Assembly (NCBI GenBank): GCA_964016885.1
Contig: OZ024742.1
Location: 181,226,001 to 181,290,000, forward strand
Source of the DNA: Eledone cirrhosa
Lineage: Eukaryota
Length of the DNA: 64,000 nucleotides
Reading direction: 5' to 3'
Program-made: the position numbers and the translations under genes
The notes under the pieces: model-generated
Databases searched by the model: none
Told to the model about the DNA's origin: nothing
What the model saw: only the letters and a program-made list of their open reading frames with translations
Shown: in pieces, positions 40,895 through 51,559 of the stretch
How the letters are laid out: the number at the start of each line of letters is the position of its first letter
Position numbering within the stretch: position 1 is the first letter of the stretch

Positions 40895-41203
40895 ATATGG
40901 AGTCACACCGTCGGTTACGACGACGAGTGTTCCAGTTGATAATATCAACAGAACAGCCTACTTGTGAAATTAACGTGCAGGTGGCTGAGCATTCCACTGA
41001 CACGCATACTCTTTATGTAGTTCTCAGGGTGATTCAGTGTGTGACAAGGCTGGTTCTTCGAATTACATGTAAAACTCATTTTTGCCAGCTGCGTGGACTG
41101 GTGCAACGTGAAATAAAGTGTGTTGCTTAAGGACACAACACACCGCCGGGAATCAAACTCACGACATTACGATTGAGAGCCGAATGCACTAACCACGCGC
41201 CTT
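40895..41203 (-). mobile_element. tRNA-derived SINE sharing the family A core with a different tail
   Basis: Minus strand: gcgtggttagtgcattcggc...gagtttgattcc...cactttatttcacgttgc. Confidence 0.75.
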
Positions 41204-41224
41204 TTCACACATAAATACATATAA

Positions 41225-41284
<60 letters not shown>

Positions 41285-41938
41285 ACTATCTTTCCTATAT
41301 ATTATATTTGAAGAGCCCGGGATTCTCTCTCTTTTGGGCTCATAAATTACAGGGACCAACGCGAGTTTATGACTCCATTAATTTATTTTGATATATTGCT
41401 CCTAATAACAGACTTTTATCTCTCTCTATTTATGTAGAGCTCCCTTATTTGTATGGTTTTAGACTGCGTTTTCTAGCTGCCCATCCTACCCAAGCCACTA
41501 GCTTACTGTCCCTTGCACACATTTCCTTATCTCTACCACGTGTTGCAAGGCGGTTATTTTAAGTTCTCTTAGAGTTGTATGGAGTGTATTCGCTTAACAC
41601 ATGCGCTGATGAACCTGGCCGCTTCTTTCCATACACTAATCTTTTGGCGAAACAAATCTCCTTGAGTTTGTACGTATTATGCAGCTACATCACTTTTCTT
41701 AGTTTATAGATTCCATACACTGGTGGTTTTCCCTGTACATTTATAAACACACACTATCTCGTGTATTTTCTTTTCTATATATATATATATATATAATTGG
41801 TTATGCACGAGTGCATTAATGTTTTCCAGGACACAGTGTTATGTACCATGTAGTGGAATGTCAGCTTACAACAGAGTGGTGCTCAACGAAATGCAGAAAA
41901 AAGGTGTATATTCCAGTTTAGATATATTCCGGGGCGTG

Positions 41939-42273
41939 TATAAAGAATTAAAAAGAACAGAAAGATGCAGTAAAAGAGATTTATTCGGGTCTTACGTACG
42001 TTTCAATAGACATCTATTTGCCTAGATCTCGCTACATCTATAATATTATACATTTAGTAGAGCATTCGATATCCAATGCACAATCGATCCCATATCATCA
42101 GAGATTAAACATAATCTCTGATGATATGGGATCGATTGTGCATTGGATATCGAATGCTCTACTAAATATATAATATTATAGATGTAGCGAGATCTAGGCA
42201 AATAAATGTCTATTGAAATGTACGTAAGAACCGAATAAATCTCTTTTACTGCATCTTTCTGTTCTTTTTAATT

Positions 42274-42280
<7 letters not shown>
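41939..42280. repeat. Near-perfect palindrome, ~169-bp arms with a 4-nt spacer; HHR-like motifs
   Basis: Centre gagatta-aaca-taatctc; CUGAUGA next to the centre and GAAA-CGUACG-UA-AGA about 90 nt downstream. Confidence 0.9.
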
Positions 42281-42338
<58 letters not shown>

Positions 42339-42423
42339 AAAGTTCTATTTAAATTGTTGGGATACAACAAGCAAATATTTTTATAACTGATATAAAGCAC
42401 TCAACAAATATTTGGAGTAAAAA

Positions 42424-42780
42424 TACGATATTAATAAATGGAAACTATATTTATAAAACTATATTTATTTCATTATACATATTTCAAGGACACCAAGTTA
42501 AATTATGGTGTGCTTTCATCAGATAAAATATAATATGGATCAGTTTTATAAATAAATATTGACATACCCTTAAAGAATGCAACCATTACTGCTATCCGGG
42601 AGCTTCCAACAGTAATGGTTGCATTCTTTAAGGGTATGTCAATATTTATTTATAAAACTGATCTATATTATATTTTATCTGATGATGAAAGCACACCATA
42701 ATTTAACTTGGTGTCCTTGAAATATGTATAATGAAATAAATATAGTTTTATAAATATAGTTTCCATTTATTAATATCGTA
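42424..42780. repeat. Near-perfect palindrome, ~168-bp arms with an 18-nt spacer; one HHR per arm
   Basis: Arms 42424-42591 and 42610-42780. Confidence 0.92.
42467..42529 (-). ncRNA. Minimal hammerhead ribozyme; mirror copy at 42672-42737 (+) has an extra TGA
   Basis: AUUUUAU-CUGAUGA-AAGCACACC..GGUGUCCUU-GAAA-UAUGUA-UA-AUGAAAU. Confidence 0.7.
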
Positions 42781-42844
<64 letters not shown>

Positions 42845-43469
42845 TATATCAAAAGTATATATTGAGTTAGGAACTCAAAATAGTCTCTTACAATAAAACA
42901 GCTCTAGGAAAGAGACGTATATTATAATTGAATATAAAAGAAAAATGAACACAGATATATACATATATGTGTTCAAATCGTAAGGGGCCAGATTCGCTAA
43001 GGTGAAAAGAATACTAACTATCGACAATAGGGTTTGCCAGACTCAATTTAAGAATAAATCAAGAAAGTAAATACAAACCGGAATTGTGGTAACTACCAAT
43101 CACTGAGACAGCTCTGATAATGTTGTTCCGCAAAATTAATTGTGAAGAAGAAAACCAATTCTTGCTCATCAGTGGGTGAAGAATTAGTATCCTGGACACT
43201 TCTAAATATATAAAAAAACTGAATAGTGTGCGTATATATAATAACGCACATGGTACCTGAACTTAGCGTGTCTCACAAACTCACACCACTAAAAGTAGCA
43301 GCCAGGCTTACTCGACATTTGAATTAGCTCAACAAATTAACGGAGCCGAATATATCAAAGGTATATATTGAGTTAGAAACTCAAAATAGTCTCTTACAAT
43401 AACATAGCTCTAGGAAAGAGATTTTTCCGAGCCGTATATATATATACAGGTATATATATATATATACAG

Positions 43470-43551
<82 letters not shown>

Positions 43552-43556
<5 letters not shown>

Positions 43557-46500
43557 TAAGTTAAAAATGTACATCCACATATGTATACTGAAATACTAGT
43601 ATGCATATGAATACACACACGTATACATATGTAGATGTACCGAGTTTTTCACTGGTCACTTTACTGTGAGTGTCCAGCTATTCTGTATGTAAACACACAG
43701 ACAAACCGGTTTTTAGAGTCATACTGGTTTTTGAGGAAACACCTTTCCTCTATTCTCCAGAAAGCCAGGCAAGGAATATTGAACTAGTTTCGATGTTGTT
43801 ACATCTCATCAGCAATATTTACCTATCTTCCGGCCTCTCTAGAGAATCGTAAAAGCACATATCGTTATATGCTTTTTCTATGAAAATTAGTAGTGGGCAG
43901 ACTAATTTGCATAGAGCGTGAGTACGTACCGGTTCAACGGAGACGATAAAAACAAATAACGAAACGAAATTAAATTTCGTTTCGTTTGTAACTCACTTTT
44001 GTATGACTGACGCTTAAACAATTAAGTTAAAAATGTACATCCACATATGTATACTGAAATACTAGTATGCATATGAATACACACACGTATACATATGTAG
44101 ATGTACCGAGTTTTTCACTGGTCACTTTACTGTGAGTGTCCAGCTATTCTGTATGTAAACACACAGACAAACCGGTTTTTAGAGTCATACTGGTTTTTGA
44201 GGAAACACCTTTCCTCTATTCTCCAGAAAGCCAGGCAAGGAATATTGAACTAGTTTCGATGTTGTTACATCTCATCAGCAATATTTACCTATCTTCCGGC
44301 CTCTCTAGAGAATCGTAAAAGCACATATCGTTATATGCTTTTTCTATGAAAATTAGTAGTGGGCAGACTAATTTGCATAGAGCGTGAGTACGTACCGGTT
44401 CAACGGAGACGATAAAAACAAATAACGAAACGAAATTAAATTTCGTTTCGTTTGTAACTCACTTTTGTATGACTGACGCTTAAACAATTAAGTTAAAAAT
44501 GTACATCCACATATGTATACTGAAATACTAGTATGCATATGAATACACACACGTATACATATGTAGATGTACCGAGTTTTTCACTGGTCACTTTACTGTG
44601 AGTGTCCAGCTATTCTGTATGTAAACACACAGACAAACCGGTTTTTAGAGTCATACTGGTTTTTGAGGAAACACCTTTCCTCTATTCTCCAGAAAGCCAG
44701 GCAAGGAATATTGAACTAGTTTCGATGTTGTTACATCTCATCAGCAATATTTACCTATCTTCCGGCCTCTCTAGAGAATCGTAAAAGCACATATCGTTAT
44801 ATGTTTTTTCTATGAAAATTAGTAGTGGGCAGACTAATTTGCAGAGAGCGTGAGTACGTACCGGTTCAACGGAGACGATAAAAACAAATAACGAAACGAA
44901 ATTAAATTTCGTTTCGTTTGTAACTCACTTTTGTATGACTGACGCTTAAACAATTAAGTTTAAAATGTACATCCACATATGTATACTGAAATACTAGTAT
45001 GCATATGAATACACACACGTATACATATGTAGATGTACCGAGTTTTTCACTGGTCACTTTACTGTGAGTGTCCAGCTATTCTGTATGTAAACACACAGAC
45101 AAACCGGTTTTTAGAGTCATACTGGTTTTTGAGGAAACACCTTTCCTCTATTCTCCAGAAAGCCAGGCAAGGAATATTGAACTAGTTTCGATGTTGTTAC
45201 ATCTCATCAGCAATATTTACCTATCTTCCGGCCTCTCTAGAGAATCGTAAAAGCACATATCGTTATATGCTTTTTCTATGAAAATTAGTAGTGGGCAGAC
45301 TAATTTGCATAGAGCGTGAGTACGTACCGGTTCAACAGAGACGATAAAAACAAATAACGAAACGAAATTAAATTTCGTTTCGTTTGTAACTCACTTTTGT
45401 ATGACTGACGCTTAAACAATTAAGTTAAAAATGTACATCCACATATGTATACTGAAATACTAGTATGCATATGAATACACACACGTATACATATGTAGAT
45501 GTACCGAGTTTTTCACTGGTCACTTTACTGTGAGTGTCCAGCTATTCTGTATGTAAACACACAGACAAACCGGTTTTTAGAGTCATACTGGTTTTTGAGG
45601 AAACACCTTTCCTCTATTCTCCAGAAAGCCAGGCAAGGAATATTGAACTAGTTTCGATGTTGTTACATCTCATCAGCAATATTTACCTATCTTCCGGCCT
45701 CTCTAGAGAATCGTAAAAGCACATATCGTTATATGCTTTTTCTATGAAAATTAGTAGTGGGCAGACTAATTTGCATAGAGCGTGAGTACGTACCGGTTCA
45801 ACGGAGACGATAAAAACAAATAACGAAACGAAATTAAATTTCGTTTCGTTTGTAACTCACTTTTGTATGACTGACGCTTAAACAATTAAGTTAAAAATGT
45901 ACATCCACATATGTATACTGAAATACTAGTATGCATATGAATACACACACGTATACATATGTAGATGTACCGAGTTTTTCACTGGTCACTTTACTGTGAG
46001 TGTCCAGCTATTCTGTATGTAAACACACAGACAAACCGGTTTTTAGAGTCATACTGGTTTTTGAGGAAACACCTTTCCTCTATTCTCCAGAAAGCCAGGC
46101 AAGGAATATTGAACTAGTTTCGATGTTGTTACATCTCATCAGCAATATTTACCTATCTTCCGGCCTCTCTAGAGAATCGTAAAAGCACATATCGTTATAT
46201 GCTTTTTCTATGAAAATTAGTAGTGGGCAGACTAATTTGCATAGAGCGTGAGTACGTACCGGTTCAACGGAGACGATAAAAACAAATAACGAAACGAAAT
46301 TAAATTTCGTTTCGTTTGTAACTCACTTTTGTATGACTGACGCTTAAACAATTAAGTTAAAAATGTACATCCACATATGTATACTGAAATACTAGTATGC
46401 ATATGAATACACACACGTATACATATGTAGATGTACCGAGTTTTTCACTGGTCACTTTACTGTGAGTGTCCAGCTATTCTGTATGTAAACACACAGACAA

Positions 46501-48750
46501 ACCGGTTTTTAGAGTCATACTGGTTTTTGAGGAAACACCTTTCCTCTATTCTCCAGAAAGCCAGGCAAGGAATATTGAACTAGTTTCGATGTTGTTACAT
46601 CTCATCAGCAATATTTACCTATCTTCCGGCCTCTCTAGAGAATCGTAAAAGCACATATCGTTATATGTTTTTTCTATGAAAATTAGTAGTGGGCAGACTA
46701 ATTTGCAGAGAGCGTGAGTACGTACCGGTTCAACGGAGACGATAAAAACAAATAACGAAACGAAATTAAATTTCGTTTCGTTTGTAACTCACTTTTGTAT
46801 GACTGACGCTTAAACAATTAAGTTTAAAATGTACATCCACATATGTATACTGAAATACTAGTATGCATATGAATACACACACGTATACATATGTAGATGT
46901 ACCGAGTTTTTCACTGGTCACTTTACTGTGAGTGTCCAGCTATTCTGTATGTAAACACACAGACAAACCGGTTTTTAGAGTCATACTGGTTTTTGAGGAA
47001 ACACCTTTCCTCTATTCTCCAGAAAGCCAGGCAAGGAATATTGAACTAGTTTCGATGTTGTTACATCTCATCAGCAATATTTACCTATCTTCCGGCCTCT
47101 CTAGAGAATCGTAAAAGCACATATCGTTATATGCTTTTTCTATGAAAATTAGTAGTGGGCAGACTAATTTGCATAGAGCGTGAGTACGTACCGGTTCAAC
47201 AGAGACGATAAAAACAAATAACGAAACGAAATTAAATTTCGTTTCGTTTGTAACTCACTTTTGTATGACTGACGCTTAAACAATTAAGTTAAAAATGTAC
47301 ATCCACATATGTATACTGAAATACTAGTATGCATATGAATACACACACGTATACATATGTAGATGTACCGAGTTTTTCACTGGTCACTTTACTGTGAGTG
47401 TCCAGCTATTCTGTATGTAAACACACAGACAAACCGGTTTTTAGAGTCATACTGGTTTTTGAGGAAACACCTTTCCTCTATTCTCCAGAAAGCCAGGCAA
47501 GGAATATTGAACTAGTTTCGATGTTGTTACATCTCATCAGCAATATTTACCTATCTTCCGGCCTCTCTAGAGAATCGTAAAAGCACATATCGTTATATGC
47601 TTTTTCTATGAAAATTAGTAGTGGGCAGACTAATTTGCATAGAGCGTGAGTACGTACCGGTTCAACGGAGACGATAAAAACAAATAACGAAACGAAATTA
47701 AATTTCGTTTCGTTTGTAACTCACTTTTGTATGACTGACGCTTAAACAATTAAGTTAAAAATGTACATCCACATATGTATACTGAAATACTAGTATGCAT
47801 ATGAATACACACACGTATACATATGTAGATGTACCGAGTTTTTCACAGGTCACTTTACTGTGAGTGTCCAGCTATTCTGTATGTAAACACACAGACAAAC
47901 CGGTTTTTAGAGTCATACTGGTTTTTGAGGAAACACCTTTCCTCTATTCTCCAGAAAGCCAGGCAAGGAATATTGAACTAGTTTCGATGTTGTTACATCT
48001 CATCAGCAATATTTACCTATCTTTCGGCCTCTCTAGAGAATCGTAAAAGCACATATCGTTATATGTTTTTTCTATGAAAATTAGTAGTGGGCAGACTAAT
48101 TTGCAGAGAGCGTGAGTACGTACCGGTTCAACGGAGACGATAAAAACAAATAACGAAACGAAATTAAATTTCGTTTCGTTTGTAACTCACTTTTGTATGA
48201 CTGACGCTTAAACAATTAAGTTAAAAATGTACATCCACATATGTATACTGAAATACTAGTATGCATATGAATACACACACGTATACATATGTAGATGTAC
48301 CGAGTTTTTCACTGGTCACTTTACTGTGAGTGTCCAGCTATTCTGTATGTAAACACACAGACAAACCGGTTTTTAGAGTCATACTGGTTTTTGAGGAAAC
48401 ACCTTTCCTCTATTCTCCAGAAAGCCAGGCAAGGAATATTGAACTAGTTTCGATGTTGTTACATCTCATCAGCAATATTTACCTATCTTCCGGCCTCTCT
48501 AGAGAATCGTAAAAGCACATATCGTTATATGTTTTTTCTATGAAAATTAGTAGTGGGCAGACTAATTTGCAGAGAGCGTGAGTACGTACCGGTTCAACGG
48601 AGACGATAAAAACAAATAACGAAACGAAATTAAATTTCGTTTCGTTTGTAACTCACTTTTGTATGACTGACGCTTAAACAATTAAGTTAAAAATGTACAT
48701 CCACATATGTATACTGAAATACTAGTATGCATATGAATACACACACGTAT
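43552..48750 (-). repeat. 466-bp tandem array, 11 full units plus a partial unit, one HHR per unit on the minus strand
   Basis: Units start at 43552+466n (acaattaag); near-identical; left flank is (TA)n. Confidence 0.97.
43775..43819 (-). ncRNA. Type I hammerhead ribozyme, first of 11 minus-strand copies at 43775+466n
   Basis: AAUAUUG-CUGAUGA-GAUGUaacaACAUC-GAAA-CUAG-UU-CAAUAUU. Confidence 0.9.
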
Positions 48751-48753
48751 GTG

Positions 48754-50086
48754 TAGAAAAAGCATATAACGATATGTGCTTTTACGATTCTCTAGAGAGG
48801 CCGGAAGATAGGTAAATATTGCTGATGAGATGTAACAACATCGAAACTAGTTCAATATTCCTTGCCTGGCTTTCTGGAGAATAGAGGGAAGGTGTTTCCT
48901 CAAAAACCAGTATGACTCTAAAAACCGGTTTGTCTGTGTGTTTACATACAGAATAGCTGGACACTCACAGTAAAGTGACCAGTGAAAAACTCGGTACATC
49001 TACATATGTATACGTGTGTGTATTCATATGCATACTAGTATTTCAGTATACATATGTGGATGTACATTTTTAACTTAATTGTTTAAGCGTCAGTCATACA
49101 AAAGTGAGTTACAAACGAAACGAAATTTAATTTCGTTTCGTTATTTGTTTTTATCGTCTCCGTTGAACCGGTACGTACTCACGCTCTATGCAAATTAGTC
49201 TGCCCACTACTAATTTTCATAGAAAAAGCATATAACGATATGTGCTTTTACGATTCTCTAGAGAGGCCGGAAGATAGGTAAATATTGCTGATGAGATGTA
49301 ACAACATCGAAACTAGTTCAATATTCCTTGCCTGGCTTTCTGGAGAATAGAGGAAAGGTGTTTCCTCAAAAACCAGTATGACTCTAAAAACCGGTTTGTC
49401 TGTGTGTTTACATACAGAATAGCTGGACACTCACAGTAAAGTGACCAGTGAAAAACTCGGTACATCTACATATGTATACGTGTGTGTATTCATATGCATA
49501 CTAGTATTTCAGTATACATATGTGGATGTACATTTTTAACTTAATTGTTTAAGCGTCAGTCATACAAAAGTGAGTTACAAACGAAACGAAATTTAATTTC
49601 GTTTCGTTATTTGTTTTTATCGTCTCCGTTGAACCGGTACGTACTCACGCTCTATGCAAATTAGTCTGCCCACTACTAATTTTCATAGAAAAAGCATATA
49701 ACGATATGTGCTTTTACGATTTTCTAGAGAGGCCGGAAGATAGGTAAATATTGCTGATGAGATGTAACAACATCGAAACTAGTTCAATATTCCTTGCCTG
49801 GCTTTCTGGAGAATAGAGGAAAGGTGTTTCCTCAAAAACCACTATGACTCTAAAAACCGGTTTGTCTGTGTGTTTACATATAGAATAGCTGGACACTCAC
49901 AGTAAAGTGACCAGTGAAAAACTCGGTACATCTACATATGTATACGTGTGTGTATTCATATGCATACTAGTATTTCAGTATACATATGTGGATGTACATT
50001 TTTAACTTAATTGTTTAAGCGTCAGTCATACAAAAGTGAGTTACAAACGAAACGAAATTTAATTTCGTTTCGTTATTTGTTTTTAT
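48754..50086 (+). repeat. Inverted continuation of the 466-bp array, about 2.9 units
   Basis: Reverse complement of the unit; ends in (TA)n. Confidence 0.97.
48815..48859 (+). ncRNA. Type I hammerhead ribozyme; further copies at 49281-49325 and 49747-49791
   Basis: Complete core, 7-bp stem I, 5-bp stem II, palindromic stem III ACUAGU; predicted cleavage after GUU at 48852. Confidence 0.9.
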
Positions 50087-50107
50087 ATATATACATATAT
50101 ATATATA

Positions 50108-51388
50108 CAGGTAAAATTCCATTATAACGAAAAAATGTCCGATCCCCGGCCACAAGCTTATTAGAACAATGATAAAATAATCTCGTTATAACGAATTTCA
50201 GTACAACGAACGAAAAGTGAACCCCAAGCAGCCAAAATTCCTCGCTAGAACGAAAAGAAAATGTCAATACACTCCATCTCCCAGAATTGTCATCCAACCA
50301 AAAGATTCGAACCCAAAATTGCTGCTTCAAATTCCCCCACATGCCGTATTTCTACCGGCATTACACGTGATTATTCGAATATCGATATTCAAATTCAATA
50401 GACTCGTCTTTTACAAACGTCTCTGCCTCAGGGCCGTCTTAACGCATGGGCAGTTGCCCAGAGGCCCATTTGTATTTTTATTCCTGTGAGTAGTTGTGTA
50501 GGTAGGGGCCCCCCAGTGCTCTGCTCTGCTTTGCCCGGGGGGGGAGGGGCTATAATTCTGTTAAGACAGCCCTGCTCTGCCTTTCTTGTTCTTAGAAGCC
50601 TCAGTGAAGTTCTTAAACTGTAGTATCAGGACTAATTAAGTACAGTATTTCTACATCTTTGTTGTTATCTTACATTTTACATTTATTGTTCGATTTGCTG
50701 TGTCTTCATGTTTTTATCACACACTGATTTTCTTAACTAAAATCTTTTAGTCAGTAAAGTCATACATTCAGTATAGAGTATCTATTTGAAAAAAAACAAA
50801 GAAACAGATTTGTTCTTACTTATTTGATTGATTCTTTGTCGACCTACCATTGAAATTTGAATACTTTTGCATACACAAAGAACAAAGTAAAATGTAGAGT
50901 TTTATTTTGGTTTTGCGAAATTTTTATTTTGGACCCCAAAGTAAAGGATACCCATTTGTTATAGTGGTTTTATATGAATTATGGAAAACAAAGCGAAAAA
51001 AAAATAAAGGCGACGGTTTTTGTTTCACGAAAAGTTGGAAATTCTGAAAACCTGTTGATTCTGGGGAAAAAAAGAAAGACATTGCGTTACATTGTCCACG
51101 GTTATTAAGAATCAGTCTAAAGTTAAAGAAAAAATATAAAAAGGCAAATTTTGGTCAACAACGAAAACGTCCATGGGCCGCGATGTTCGAAGATATTTGA
51201 CATATATTTTCATATTTTATTGCATGATACAGTCATATTGAAGGTATGTTTTCATTCATTTATTGTTTAATTTTTTAATACGGGGTAATAAACTCGATTT
51301 GTTTCGGTCGATCGCGTTATAAAGAATGTTTCGTTACAACGAATGTTTTCTCATACCACCTTAATTTCTTTATAACGGAATTTCACTG
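50108..51388 (+). mobile_element. pogo/Tigger-like DNA transposon remnant
   Basis: Imperfect TIRs CAGGTAAAATTCCATTATAACG / TTTATAACGGAATTTCACTG; decayed CENP-B-type HTH at about 51000-51200 (EKLEILK, SGEKKKDIA, LSTVIKN). Confidence 0.7.
50429..50574. mobile_element. 146-bp hAT-type MITE
   Basis: TIRs CAGGGCCGTCTTAAC / GTTAAGACAGCCCTG; perfect TSD CTCTGCCT. Confidence 0.9.
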
Positions 51389-51393
51389 TGTGC

Positions 51394-51429
<36 letters not shown>

Positions 51430-51559
51430 GCACGCACATATACAAGCACACACACACGCACACTTATACAAACACGCATACATATATATATAGAAACATA
51501 CATATACATATAAACACACACTAATATTCAGTCACTTTACTGTGAAACCCAATATTAAA

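Noticed and set aside
41607-41665. CTGATGA...GCGAAAC as a hammerhead
   Set aside because: No convincing stem I or stem III could be formed.
43670-49896. Fourteen repeated 60-aa ORFs (MSSYSVCKH...) read as a tandem gene cluster
   Set aside because: They start at GTG, have no recognisable domain and lie antisense to the hammerhead; they are a by-product of the repeat.
43552-50086. CRISPR array or rDNA/snRNA tandem
   Set aside because: The units are identical with no variable spacers and no cas genes, the context is eukaryotic, and I see no resemblance to 5S, U snRNA or SL RNA.
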